Below, piece by piece: positions 1-9,581 of a stretch of 64,000 nucleotides of DNA (position 1 is its first letter; every line of letters begins with the position of its first letter). Under the pieces are notes generated by a model, which ran no database searches, was not told where the DNA came from, and worked only from the letters and a program-made list of their open reading frames with translations. Source of the DNA: a virus (lineage: Duplodnaviria; Caudoviricetes); IMG/VR virus record IMGVR_UViG_2627853746_000004, positions 1 through 64,000 of that record. One strand, written 5' to 3'. Both the position numbers and the translations under genes were made by a program.

Positions 1-510
1 ATGCTTATGGTTTCTCGGTTCGACGGATATTGTCGTAAATGTGGATTTCCTATTTTTGAAGGAGATGTTTTTGATTATCAGCCTAATACTCCCTATAGAG
101 CACAATGCGTCAAATGCTTCAAGGAGGTTCCGCCTGAATCTCCATGCCCTCATTATGCTGTATGGGCAACGGCAGACTATTTTACACCGTCCAATCGCCA
201 TAGGCACACTACGTCAGGAACACGGAAACATATGGTCCACTGTTGCATTTGTCAGAAAGAGTTTAATAACGTTCCAGAGAAAGCGGTATGCGTTAAAACG
301 TTTATCACTTCCCAGCATGGAGCAAGCTATCCATCATCCAGAATGGAATTCGAGGTATCGACCTCAAGTTTGCAGCGACAGAAGCATCTTATTAAAACGG
401 TGGCATCGGTGATTCAGGTTATGCTGCTGAAGCATCAGTTTCCTGACATGTTGATAACGGAGGCATACGCACAAATTGATAGACTGATCGAACTGTATCA
501 AAGCGATTAA
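1..510 (+). CDS. Hypothetical Cys-rich (putative Zn-binding) protein, possibly 5'-truncated
   Basis: ORF with CRKC, CVKC and CCIC motifs. Confidence 0.5.
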   Translation: MLMVSRFDGYCRKCGFPIFEGDVFDYQPNTPYRAQCVKCFKEVPPESPCPHYAVWATADYFTPSNRHRHTTSGTRKHMVHCCICQKEFNNVPEKAVCVKTFITSQHGASYPSSRMEFEVSTSSLQRQKHLIKTVASVIQVMLLKHQFPDMLITEAYAQIDRLIELYQSD

Positions 511-518
511 TCGACCTG

Positions 519-872
519 TTGAAGGAGTCTCTCAACTTGCTGGTAATGGATAAAATTAAGCAATTGTACAACATGTTTCCCCATGAGGTGTATCTCGAAG
601 TCAGCAGAGCTGTCTTTTTTACGCTTCAATGCCTTGGCTGCTCTAACGGCACATTAGGTGCAGGGGCACTCTTCTATCTTGCATCGTTAGGAGATAATGA
701 CAGTTTATTGGATGATATAGTGCAGCATATCAGGCGTTTTGGTGATTCGCAAGAATCTTTACTCTTTGCACATGTTGTCACTGAACTGTCCTCACAGATG
801 CAGTTGTCCTTGCGGCAGAGTATCGAACTATCAGATATGGTCGCAGATATAATCAGGAAGATGAACCACTGA
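519..872 (+). CDS. Hypothetical protein
   Basis: ORF in a co-directional cluster; GAAGGAG RBS near the start. Confidence 0.5.
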   Translation: MKESLNLLVMDKIKQLYNMFPHEVYLEVSRAVFFTLQCLGCSNGTLGAGALFYLASLGDNDSLLDDIVQHIRRFGDSQESLLFAHVVTELSSQMQLSLRQSIELSDMVADIIRKMNH

Positions 873-885
873 AAGGGAGTCAAAC

Positions 886-1350
886 ATGCAGATAAGTAAA
901 CTAGGGTCGTTGGTTGAGAATGAGACGGATAAGATTATTTTTTCTCACATGTCTGAAGATGGCGATGCCAAACTGGTCAAACGGATTGGAGATAGGATCT
1001 GTACGTGTATCGGAAGCTTTCGGCTACATACAGATCAAAAGAATCAAATCCGAAGCACGCTTAATGGCTTTAACGCGGATTCCTTTGGCGGTGTTGGGGC
1101 AGCTCTTTTAATCATTCCGTATTTTGAGATCAAGTTTAAACACATGGAGAAAATTGCGGAAGCGAGCAATGGATTTGTCATTCATTTAATGAATTACTTG
1201 ATCAAGGAAATCGGTAAAGCTGAATTCATCCAAAAAATCTGGACTCTTCAGGAGGCCGTAGGGATATCAGACAAATTCTACGATGGACTCGTGGATTACT
1301 TTGGCTCCAGAAAAAGTGAAGTTATTGTTCCGATCATGAGCAGAATCTAA
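886..1350 (+). CDS. Hypothetical protein
   Basis: AAGGGAG RBS, 154-aa ORF. Confidence 0.6.
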   Translation: MQISKLGSLVENETDKIIFSHMSEDGDAKLVKRIGDRICTCIGSFRLHTDQKNQIRSTLNGFNADSFGGVGAALLIIPYFEIKFKHMEKIAEASNGFVIHLMNYLIKEIGKAEFIQKIWTLQEAVGISDKFYDGLVDYFGSRKSEVIVPIMSRI

Positions 1351-1389
1351 TGCCGTAGCTGTTCCTATTATACTTGGAGGTGTCGAAGA

Positions 1390-2331
1390 ATGAATAAAAG
1401 AGCAATTCAAATGATGTTAGTATTATGTTTGATTCTGGCCTCAATCGGTACAGGTGGTCATGTGCATGCCGATTCTACACAAACCATAAAGGTTATGGTA
1501 AACGGCGATTATCTTAAGCAGGACAAGCTTGCTACAATGAAAAATGGGCGAGTCATGGTAGCGATCAATCCGGTCAGTGTCGCATTGAAAGCCACTTTGC
1601 AGTTCCAATCCGCTAAGAAGCCTATCAAAATCAAGTATGGGACCAATGAGGTTACTTTTACATTGGGTCAAAAGACAGCTTATGTAAACGGGAAAAAGCT
1701 TGCACTTGATGTGCCGCCGCAGACCATCAACAATACGACCATGGTACCCCTGCAACTCCTGAGTAAAGGGCTGAATGTTGATACTGCCTGGAAAGAAGTA
1801 TGGAAAGTCGTTGCTATCGAACCCAAGCATGCTGCTAGTGAAATTGCCCTTACTGAGTCTGAAGCGTTGAAGAAAGTAAAATCCTTGCTGGGCAATGGCG
1901 TAACCATCAAAAGTAAAGGGACTGACCTACTCAGATTCTATACATTTCAAGGTAGCACATCCGAATATGAGTATGATTTCTTCAACTATGTAGACAAGTA
2001 CACTGGTGAGATTTATTCCGTTACTCTTGACGCAGCGTTTGAGAGTCTCTCTAAGGCCGAAGGGCTCAAGGCACTGGATGCCAAGGTTCGCCCATTGCTT
2101 ACACGGGAGCCGAATATCGAGGATGGATATGATACAAAGATAATCAATGGCAAAAAACATTATGCGTTTGAAGTCTTTTTCGTTGGAGCCAGTAACCCCT
2201 ATTATTATGTAACTACTGCGTATGTAAGCGTGGATGCCAAAAGTTTCTATATGCTGACGAAGGACAATAAGGTTGTTCTGTTCTCAGACAAATTGTTTGT
2301 TCAATATATGAACGATACTCTTAAAGAATAA
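1390..2331 (+). CDS. Secreted protein with copper amine oxidase-like N-terminal (stalk) domain
   Basis: Signal peptide (VHA-DS); NGRVMVAI...AYVNGKKLALDVPP..INNTTMVPL motif typical of Paenibacillus surface proteins. Confidence 0.85.
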   Translation: MNKRAIQMMLVLCLILASIGTGGHVHADSTQTIKVMVNGDYLKQDKLATMKNGRVMVAINPVSVALKATLQFQSAKKPIKIKYGTNEVTFTLGQKTAYVNGKKLALDVPPQTINNTTMVPLQLLSKGLNVDTAWKEVWKVVAIEPKHAASEIALTESEALKKVKSLLGNGVTIKSKGTDLLRFYTFQGSTSEYEYDFFNYVDKYTGEIYSVTLDAAFESLSKAEGLKALDAKVRPLLTREPNIEDGYDTKIINGKKHYAFEVFFVGASNPYYYVTTAYVSVDAKSFYMLTKDNKVVLFSDKLFVQYMNDTLKE

Positions 2332-2401
2332 ATGTCAATCTTGAGCGGATATTCGCTGTTCATTTTACTCACCTTCGCTTAGATATGGTCTGATATCTAG
2401 G

Positions 2402-2438
2402 AAAAGCCCTTGACTGATTTTTTAAGTTGAGGGCTTTT
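2402..2438. terminator. Intrinsic terminator between convergent genes
   Basis: AAAAGCCCT...AGGGCTTTT hairpin. Confidence 0.65.
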
Positions 2439-2533
2439 GTATTGAACAGAAATGTTTGTACGGAGCGTAGCAATTCAATTTGATAGATTAGTCTTCTTGC
2501 TGTTTATAACGCTTCTACGAACGTCTCAGTGGC

Positions 2534-3559
2534 TTATAGAGGGTGGAAATAGTCAAGCAAGCTCTGTCTTGGATTCGGTAATTGATTCATCGCCCAACCT
2601 GAAGGTATCGTGACTGGGTTTATACCGAGCTTTCTCAAAGCTTTAACTCTCCGATTGAATACCTCTTTGCTGGCTGTGAGCATAAACTGCTCTTTGGCCG
2701 AATTAACACTCCCTGCATCCTTAACAAGCCGAAGCATACCGATTAGATTATCCTGTGTTCTTTTCTGCCGCACCAACTGTCGCACACGTCTTCTTGCATA
2801 CGAAAGGCTGTAGAAGTCACCAAGACCAATTGAGCGGTCAAAGTAAGTCAGGAGGATGGATTCAGCAAGCTGTTCACTTAAGAAATGCTCTATGTGCTTG
2901 TTGGGAAATCCCGCTCTCCTTCTTATGTAGTTAATCTTACTGCTACGGCACTGTACCTCAATTCGCAAAATATTCCTTGCCTCTTCAAGATGTTCTATTC
3001 GTATTGTTGTATGCTCATTCTCCAGCCGACTTTCCGTTTCATTTTCTTTGTCGTAAAAGTTCAAGATGAGTGATCTGGATGTGGAGTATGCACTGCTATC
3101 GTATTCATTATGGAGTGTATAGTGACGGTTGGGCGTCCTGCTGTGATGAAAAAGCTGAATATACTCACTGACGTTCTCTGTCGATACATCAACACAGTAG
3201 TCAATTCGTTTGCAATTCCAATGATTGAATGTTGGTAAAACTCCCGACAGGTTGCCAAAGATAGTGCGAAGTTCTCTATCAAAAGGTTCAGTAATTAAGG
3301 GTATCTCCGTCACTGTAGTGGACTGGATGAGTAGTTCGGGGTTCAGCAGTAGCTTGGGATTCAATAGAATCTCAATAGCTCTGTACGTTAATCCTGTATG
3401 CAGTGTGTAATGAATCAATCGGATTTCTCGAAAACCATTTGGGCTATAATAAGTGTTTTTATAAACACCTCTGGATACGTCCAGATTCAGCCGCTCTTCA
3501 ACATCCCTGAAAAGCTCTTCATCTGTTATTGGGAACACAATTTCCATGGTGTGCATCAT
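2534..3559 (-). CDS. Rep_trans-like rolling-circle initiator/relaxase (gene II/X-like)
   Basis: KRIDYCVD, NFYDKENE and ILRIEVQ motifs; start refined to ATG at 3559. Confidence 0.7.
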   Translation of the reverse strand: MMHTMEIVFPITDEELFRDVEERLNLDVSRGVYKNTYYSPNGFREIRLIHYTLHTGLTYRAIEILLNPKLLLNPELLIQSTTVTEIPLITEPFDRELRTIFGNLSGVLPTFNHWNCKRIDYCVDVSTENVSEYIQLFHHSRTPNRHYTLHNEYDSSAYSTSRSLILNFYDKENETESRLENEHTTIRIEHLEEARNILRIEVQCRSSKINYIRRRAGFPNKHIEHFLSEQLAESILLTYFDRSIGLGDFYSLSYARRRVRQLVRQKRTQDNLIGMLRLVKDAGSVNSAKEQFMLTASKEVFNRRVKALRKLGINPVTIPSGWAMNQLPNPRQSLLDYFHPL

Positions 3560-3956
3560 AATGTCTGCCTTCTTTCTATAGTAGCTTATATTGCATCTGG
3601 TGAGGCCTTGAGAGGCCACCAGACGTAATGTAGCAAGGAGTTTAAGCAATTCTCAGGAGCAAAAATCGGTCTCGCTCACAGGGAAGTACTTTATCTTTTT
3701 ACCGCTTATCTTGTCTTAATAATATTGTGATCGTGACAAATTTGTTACAGCGTTATTGTATGAAGCTGATATTGTATGATTGCATTACATGTGATCTGTA
3801 GGAAACAGTATAGTATGTGGATGAGTCGCTGTAAATAAATTAAATAGGCTAAAACGGCTTAAAACACTCATTAAGTACGTAAAAAACCACAAATATCTAC
3901 TGTGATTAGCGCTTATCTACGTTTTAAGCCGACTATTATCTATTGACTATCGGAAT

Positions 3957-4460
3957 TTGGAAAAGTATACTGTTTCACACGGGAAACGACCAATGAGGAG
4001 GATGATGAAAGTGGAAATCGGTGAAATCATCAAATACTTTAGAGATATGAACAACATCGGGGTAAATGAACTGGCTAGAATTTCTGAAGTTCCTGCGAGC
4101 TATATTAGCAAACTGGAACGAGGAAACAGCAACAATCCATCTTTTGCGATTGTCAACAAACTTACCAAGGCACTTGGACTTACTGACGATGAAATAGCCT
4201 TCATCATGCAGTCTCTTGATAGAGATATGTCAGTAGATCAATTGTACGTGGAGGTGAAAAAAAGAGGCACTATGGCCTATCTTGGTGTAGAACAGGGCAT
4301 TGAGTTTCAACATTTGTGTTTTGATCCTATCAGGAGTAATTTGTATCGTTATGCAGGTGATTTGACGAAAGAGGACTATATGTTGATCAGCAGCAGCGTA
4401 GAGCATCTTGTACAATACCTTGCTGCCCGAAACAAAAGTGAAAATAGAGAGGATGATTAA
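3957..4460 (+). CDS. XRE-family HTH regulator
   Basis: ELARISEVPASYISKLERG HTH; real start probably near 4002-4011. Confidence 0.85.
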   Translation: MEKYTVSHGKRPMRRMMKVEIGEIIKYFRDMNNIGVNELARISEVPASYISKLERGNSNNPSFAIVNKLTKALGLTDDEIAFIMQSLDRDMSVDQLYVEVKKRGTMAYLGVEQGIEFQHLCFDPIRSNLYRYAGDLTKEDYMLISSSVEHLVQYLAARNKSENREDD

Positions 4461-4462
4461 GC

Positions 4463-4654
4463 ATGGAAGTAACCAATAAAGAAAACACATCTGTCGTCTT
4501 GTCTGTAGCCGATATTCAACGGATGATGGGGATTGGCAGGAGACAAGCCTATGAGCTAATGCATTCCGGCCAGTTTCATGTCGTTCGAGTTGGACAACGC
4601 ATTCTCGTATCTGAAGCGGTGTTTTTGAACTGGCTGAATCAACCTGCAAGTTGA
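4463..4654 (+). CDS. Excisionase-like HTH protein
   Basis: LSVADIQRMMGIGRRQAYELM..F...RVGQRILV; directly upstream of the integrase. Confidence 0.8.
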   Translation: MEVTNKENTSVVLSVADIQRMMGIGRRQAYELMHSGQFHVVRVGQRILVSEAVFLNWLNQPAS

Positions 4655-4777
4655 TTTCATCGTGAGTATAAGTATCAAAACTGAAAGGGGGTGATCGCCT
4701 TGAGCGATTAATCAGCGGTGGGCTGTCGCGGCTCACCGTTATTTGTGTTTTCAAAAAACTTGAGAGGATGAGCTATT

Positions 4778-5929
4778 ATGGAAGGTTCAGTGAAAAAGGA
4801 TGATAAGACTAATAAATGGTTTTATGTTGCCGATGTTGGAAAGAAACCAAACGGAGACCGCAATCAGAAGAAGAAACGCGGCTTCAAGACCAAAAAGGAA
4901 GCAGAAAAAGCGTTAAACGAATTGCTCAATCAAGTTCATTCGGGAGCCTATGTGGAGCCCTCGAAAATGCTATATAAGGACTATCTAAAACAATGGCTGG
5001 AGGATAAACAGACTAAAGTAAGAGCATCAACCTTGCAGACCTATTCATGGCTCGTAGAAAATCACATTATCCCCGCTCTAGGGCATGCAGAGCTTGCGAA
5101 GTTAACTCCATCACTCATTCAGCAGACATATACAGTAATGATGAAGGAAAGCAAGCTGGGCAGTGAAAACATTCAAAAGATTCATACCCTCATAAACGAT
5201 TCTCTTAAAAGGGCAGAGCGTTGGGGATTGATTTCAAAGAATCCTGCTGCTTTGGTGGATCGTCCAAGAGCAGATAAGAAAGAAATACAAATTTGGGATA
5301 TGAATGAGTTGAATGTTTTTCTAAGGTCAGCACGTGAGAGTCGCTACCATATCGCCTTCTTTATAGCGGCTTGGACGGGTATGCGTCAAGGTGAGATTTT
5401 GGGATTGCGGTGGAAAGATATTGATTTTGGTAATAAGACGCTTCGTGTAGTCCAGACTTTGCGGCATAACAGCACGGAATTGGTTTCAACAACTAAAACA
5501 AAAGCAAGCAATCGCAATATCGCTCTTTCAGAAAAAACCATTGAGGCACTGCAAAAGCAGCGTAGACGGATGCTCAAAGAGCGATTACACGCTGGAGAAG
5601 TCTATAACGATCACGATCTTGTTGTCTGCACGGCTGTGGGAACACCACTAAACTCCCGCAATTTGAATCGTGCGTTCTACGATCTGATTAAGAAGGCAAA
5701 GATAAGACGCATATCCTTTCACAGTCTTCGTCATACACATGCATCATTGATGCTTGCATCGGGTGAAAATGTGAAGATCGTGTCCGAGAGGCTTGGACAC
5801 GCCAATATACGTATCACACTGGACACATACAGCCATCTGCTGCCAAACATGCAAAGGAACGCTGCTCAAAACTTCGATAAGCTAATGCTCACTGGTTACG
5901 GACTGGCGGAGGCTGTAAATCAAAATTAA
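4778..5929 (+). CDS. int: Tyrosine integrase of the left element
   Basis: Arm-binding N-terminus (KKRGFKTKKEA); TGMRQGE, FHSLRHTHA, RLGH and DTYSH catalytic motifs. Confidence 0.95.
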   Translation: MEGSVKKDDKTNKWFYVADVGKKPNGDRNQKKKRGFKTKKEAEKALNELLNQVHSGAYVEPSKMLYKDYLKQWLEDKQTKVRASTLQTYSWLVENHIIPALGHAELAKLTPSLIQQTYTVMMKESKLGSENIQKIHTLINDSLKRAERWGLISKNPAALVDRPRADKKEIQIWDMNELNVFLRSARESRYHIAFFIAAWTGMRQGEILGLRWKDIDFGNKTLRVVQTLRHNSTELVSTTKTKASNRNIALSEKTIEALQKQRRRMLKERLHAGEVYNDHDLVVCTAVGTPLNSRNLNRAFYDLIKKAKIRRISFHSLRHTHASLMLASGENVKIVSERLGHANIRITLDTYSHLLPNMQRNAAQNFDKLMLTGYGLAEAVNQN

Positions 5930-6032
5930 AGATGCTTCGATTTCACACTCTGATCTTAAGGAGAACATACAAATGAGGAATAATTATGATGAGCAACAAT
6001 CGGTGAACAGTAAAAACAATTTGAGAGATGAT

Positions 6033-6078
6033 AAATAAGCGATCTTCCGGAAATTATGGGAGGTCGCTTATTTTATTT
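6033..6078 (+). terminator. Intrinsic terminator after left integrase
   Basis: AAATAAGCGATCTTCC...GGGAGGTCGCTTATTT hairpin plus T-run. Confidence 0.65.
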
Positions 6079-6093
6079 GTGCAGATTTATACG

Positions 6094-6115
6094 CTCGTGA
6101 CCAATCCGTGACCAC
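6094..6115 (+). repeat. Tandem 11-bp repeats, putative integrase arm-binding sites
   Basis: CTCGTGACCAA-TCCGTGACCAC. Confidence 0.55.
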
Positions 6116-6197
6116 AAGGGGTCAACGGCTTCTTTGGCATGTCTATTTTCTGTCCATAAAAAGCAAAAAAGCCTTATATAATAAGGCTTTCTGCATA

Positions 6198-6239
6198 TAG
6201 GACGGATGGGGTTCGAACCCATGACCCCTACCCTGTCAA
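6198..6239 (-). other. att site: 3' half of tRNA-Val(GAC), not an intact tRNA
   Basis: Minus strand reads TTGACAG GGTAG GGGTC ATGGG TTCGAAC CCCAT CCGTCCT A (anticodon loop to discriminator). D arm and 5' acceptor strand are absent. Confidence 0.88.
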
Positions 6240-6354
6240 AGTAAACTATAAGGGTGTTTACATCTTCGCGAATACCTAAAAACCTTGAATTTTCTGAGTA
6301 ATACGAAGTGATTGACGAATAGAAACGAGTGCAAATTTGGATATATAAGTGAAG

Positions 6355-6387
6355 CTCGTCCCCAATCCGTCCCCAACTCGTCCCCAG
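6355..6387 (+). repeat. Three 11-bp direct repeats, putative phage integrase arm sites
   Basis: CTCGTCCCCAA TCCGTCCCCAA CTCGTCCCCAG next to the integrase stop. Confidence 0.7.
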
Positions 6388-6391
6388 AAAT

Positions 6392-7636
6392 CTAGTTAGA
6401 GGAATGGTTTGTCGTGGAACTTACTTGAGGGTTTTTCGGAGCAAACTTATTGAATCTGTCAGCAGTCTCTCGACTAAGTTTTTTAGTAATGTGAGCATAA
6501 ATATCGGAAGTAGTTTGCTCCCGAGCATGTCGTAGTTGGCCTTGAACTGCCTTTGTCGTTGCTCCAGATTCAATTAACAAAGTAGCACAACTATGACGCA
6601 GATCATGGAAGCTGATCTTTTTTAATTTTCTACGCGCAACAAATCTGGTCCACCAACGATAAGGATATGAATGATAATAAGGTTTTCCGTATCCACCGTG
6701 AAAAACATACTGACGATCTCCACCTTTCCAGAGACCCTTTTCTTTCATTTCCCACATATTCTTCAACCATTCTCTACGATGGATCTTTAATTCTTCAATG
6801 TACCAAGCGGGCACTGCAATAATATCCTTTGAGCTATCATTTTTCGGATCTTTTTCTACAGCTTTGCCATCTTCAGTTAACGAGATACTATTAACTATAC
6901 TAAAGGTGCAGTTATTAAAATCCACGCTACTCCATTCAATTCCCACAAGCTCACCACGACGGCAACCGGCAAGTAGAGCACCAAAAATAAAAAGTCTCCA
7001 TTTTCGAGATTCATGGTATAGAGCATCTATAACCTCTTGCGCTTCATCTTCTTCATAAAATTGGCTTTTGCCATGTTTAACTTTAGGTTTCTTCACTCCG
7101 ACAATCGGATTTGTTTTAATTAATTTCCATTCTGTTGCGCGTTCAAGAATGTTCTTAAGTACACGGTAAATGTATTCAATTGTTCCAGGCGCAAGAGGAC
7201 CTTCTTTACCATCTTTCCGAGCTTCGGGCTTACTGAGATCGACCATGAAAGTGACCAAATGAATTGTCTTTATAGCACCTAACTCTTTATCACCTAATTT
7301 ATCTTTGATATGACACTCATAGTAAGTTTTGTAGGTCTTGTATGAGAGAGGAGAGAGGTTGTCAGTGTTTGAGGCATATTTAGTTTTCCATTCACTTTCA
7401 TAAAATTTATCTAATTTCATTTTTTGCGGTTTGATGTATTCACCAGACTCAACTTCTCTTTTGAATTCATGAAGTTGACTATCAAGGTAATCTTGAAGTC
7501 TTTTTGTTGTTCGAAGAAGAGCGGGATCGTCCACTTGTATAGTTTTATATTCTTTATCTCGGTTACCTGAGTCCCCTACTTCAACAACAAGCCTCCAACT
7601 ACGTTCTCCTCTCTTTTCTATACTTCCTTTTGCCAT
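6392..7636 (-). CDS. int: Prophage tyrosine integrase
   Basis: GCRRGE, FHDLRHSCAT, QLRH and DIYAH motifs. Confidence 0.95.
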   Translation of the reverse strand: MAKGSIEKRGERSWRLVVEVGDSGNRDKEYKTIQVDDPALLRTTKRLQDYLDSQLHEFKREVESGEYIKPQKMKLDKFYESEWKTKYASNTDNLSPLSYKTYKTYYECHIKDKLGDKELGAIKTIHLVTFMVDLSKPEARKDGKEGPLAPGTIEYIYRVLKNILERATEWKLIKTNPIVGVKKPKVKHGKSQFYEEDEAQEVIDALYHESRKWRLFIFGALLAGCRRGELVGIEWSSVDFNNCTFSIVNSISLTEDGKAVEKDPKNDSSKDIIAVPAWYIEELKIHRREWLKNMWEMKEKGLWKGGDRQYVFHGGYGKPYYHSYPYRWWTRFVARRKLKKISFHDLRHSCATLLIESGATTKAVQGQLRHAREQTTSDIYAHITKKLSRETADRFNKFAPKNPQVSSTTNHSSN

Positions 7637-7652
7637 AACATTTCCTCCTGTA

Positions 7653-7666
7653 AGATCGTATGTTCT
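7653..7666. promoter_or_regulatory. Possible LexA (SOS) box upstream of integrase
   Basis: AGATCGTATGTTCT, one mismatch to GAAC-N4-GTTC. Confidence 0.35.
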
Positions 7667-7712
7667 AATTTGGGCGTATTTAAACAGCCTTTCAGCTGGG
7701 AAGCGCAGAAGG

Positions 7713-8129
7713 TTAAATAAAATATCGATCCATTTCTTCGGGAATTTGATTGCGTAGTAGAAAATCCCTTATGGTTTCATTTGTTTTAAGAGTGTCGCAT
7801 GCAGTGAGAAGTTTCACGGCAAACCGATTAGCTTGCCGTTCATACTTGCCAGCATTATATAGTGACTGATCATCTAGCCAGAAGGCGGAGATCCCAGGGT
7901 GCAGTCTGTCGTGACCTAATTCATGGGCACAAATAAATCTCTGCCATTCATCATCAAGACCGTTATGTATTACTATAAACCTTCGTCTTAATTTTCTATA
8001 ATAAAAGCCTCGTGTGCCACTACCTAAATCTTCAAACCAAATGTCAATATTAAGCTGCTTCGCAATTTCAAAGGGATCATTGGTTTTGAATTTTTTTAGC
8101 AATTTTACAATTGTGTGGTCCATGAGCAT
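7713..8129 (-). CDS. ImmA/IrrE-family metallopeptidase (antirepressor)
   Basis: RFICAHELGH (HExxH) and ERQANRFA. Confidence 0.92.
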   Translation of the reverse strand: MLMDHTIVKLLKKFKTNDPFEIAKQLNIDIWFEDLGSGTRGFYYRKLRRRFIVIHNGLDDEWQRFICAHELGHDRLHPGISAFWLDDQSLYNAGKYERQANRFAVKLLTACDTLKTNETIRDFLLRNQIPEEMDRYFI

Positions 8130-8131
8130 CC

Positions 8132-8542
8132 CTACTCATCAGTTTTTTTCTTTTTGCGTCCATATGTTTCTTTGTTCTTCTTCTTAGCATCCCAAAACAT
8201 TGCTTCCATTACGCGTTTAATTTTTTCTCTGTCCTCTTCACTAATTGGCACGCCGTCAAACATAACCGGAGCGTCTTCTTCAAGCAATGTTTTAAAGTCT
8301 CGCTTGTCTTTTGAGGAGGCCCATTCTGGCGTACCAGATAATTCGCTTGATTCTCCCATCAAAACATGAGATTGGATGTTCAGGGCTTCTGCGATGGATT
8401 TAAGAGTATCAACGCTAGGATTATATCTATCTGCTTCTAAGTCTGCCAGATAAGAACGGGACATTTTTGCTTTCTCGGCAAGGTCCTTTTGCGTTAATTT
8501 AGCTTTCTTCCTATTTGTTTTAATATTTTGACCAATAGACAT
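8132..8542 (-). CDS. ImmR-like XRE repressor
   Basis: LTQKDLAEKAKMSRSYLADLE HTH; upstream of ImmA. Confidence 0.9.
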   Translation of the reverse strand: MSIGQNIKTNRKKAKLTQKDLAEKAKMSRSYLADLEADRYNPSVDTLKSIAEALNIQSHVLMGESSELSGTPEWASSKDKRDFKTLLEEDAPVMFDGVPISEEDREKIKRVMEAMFWDAKKKNKETYGRKKKKTDE

Positions 8543-8571
8543 CAGGATAACTCCTTTTCACCGTTCTCTAT

Positions 8572-9000
8572 GTCGGTTATACCGACCAATTACTAACATT
8601 ATATATTCATATTGTCGGAAATACAATAACTTTAATGACGGAAATACAAGTTATTATGTGATATGTGATGATATTTAAAGCTTTTACGTTATCATCTATT
8701 AAAAATGGCCTAAAATGAGCTTATTTAGAGTTTCAATAAATGTCGTGAATACTATACAATTATTCCACCGGGAGGTGAATTGTATGCTGGATAAAAAAGC
8801 GCTAGGTGCTACCATAAAAAAACTGCGCAAGGAAAAGAAACTTAAGCAAATTGAAGTCTCAACAATAACAAATTTATCCCGCAACTATATTTCTGACATT
8901 GAAAACGGAAGATACTCTCCTAGTTTAGATGCAATCTTAAAACTGGCTGTATGCGTAGGATTGGATCTCAACACGCTAAAAAATGACGGAAATACAAGTT
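8572..9000. promoter_or_regulatory. Immunity-switch operators
   Basis: Palindrome GTCGGTTATACCGAC (8572); TG(T/A)CGGAAATACAA at 8613 and 8636; 19-bp identical copy at 8982-9000; degenerate copy at 8741. Confidence 0.7.
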
Positions 9001-9041
9001 TTGAGGTAAGCGAAAAGGAGGCTTTAGATGTCTCTTATTGA
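8784..9041 (+). CDS. Cro-like XRE regulator
   Basis: Divergent from the repressor; GGAGGTGA RBS; HTH with YISDIENGRYSPS. Confidence 0.85.
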   Translation: MLDKKALGATIKKLRKEKKLKQIEVSTITNLSRNYISDIENGRYSPSLDAILKLAVCVGLDLNTLKNDGNTSFEVSEKEALDVSY

Positions 9042-9318
9042 AAAGGCAATTGCCGAAATGGTTCAATTCCAAGTTGCAGAAGCAGAGAAAAGGATCCTAG
9101 AACGTTTGTCTGCTGCTACTGACAAGACACTAACCTTCACTCAAGCTTGTGAATACCTTCAAATGTCGGAATACACTTTGCGGAGACTTTGTCAAAACAG
9201 AAGGATACCGCATCGGACTCATGGTGCAGAAGGTAGTAAAAATCCAAGATATTTATTCAGCACCGTTACATTGGATCGTTGGAAAAGAGAAGAGGAGGAA
9301 CGAAACTATCAACCATAA
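9028..9318 (+). CDS. Excisionase-like HTH protein
   Basis: LTFTQACEYLQMSEYTLRRL...IPH. Confidence 0.75.
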   Translation: MSLIEKAIAEMVQFQVAEAEKRILERLSAATDKTLTFTQACEYLQMSEYTLRRLCQNRRIPHRTHGAEGSKNPRYLFSTVTLDRWKREEEERNYQP

Positions 9319-9359
9319 TAACCACACCATAAAGTTTTATACCTGAAAGGAGAATCAAC

Positions 9360-9566
9360 TTGAAACAAGATTTACAGATTGCTTATGAGGCTCTATCCAG
9401 AGTAACAGCAGCTGCATTAATTTCTGGAGATAAAGTCACGTTGCGAGAGGCCGGTCTTGCTCGGGCGAAAACGCTGGAGCTAAAGACAATGCTTCAGCAT
9501 CGTGAGGCTAAGCCTCAAAGAGTGACACTTAACCGCTTGGAGAGTTATTGCTTACCAGTACTTTAG
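9360..9566 (+). CDS. Hypothetical phage protein
   Basis: AAGGAG RBS, TTG start. Confidence 0.6.
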   Translation: MKQDLQIAYEALSRVTAAALISGDKVTLREAGLARAKTLELKTMLQHREAKPQRVTLNRLESYCLPVL

Positions 9567-9581
9567 GAAAGGGGAATTAGC

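Larger units (their letters stand above)
1..6197. mobile_element. Right part of an integrative (IME-like) element inserted at the tRNA-Val 3' end
   Basis: XRE regulator, Xis-like HTH and tyrosine integrase point at the tRNA fragment, with a divergent Rep_trans-like gene. Left boundary is outside the window. Confidence 0.7.

Noticed and set aside
1376-1390. GTCGAA as another sigma-H promoter
   Set aside because: It lies between RBS and start codon, with no AGGA at the required spacing.
6198-6275. Intact tRNA-Val gene
   Set aside because: Similarity stops at the anticodon loop; no D arm or 5' acceptor strand, so it is an att remnant.
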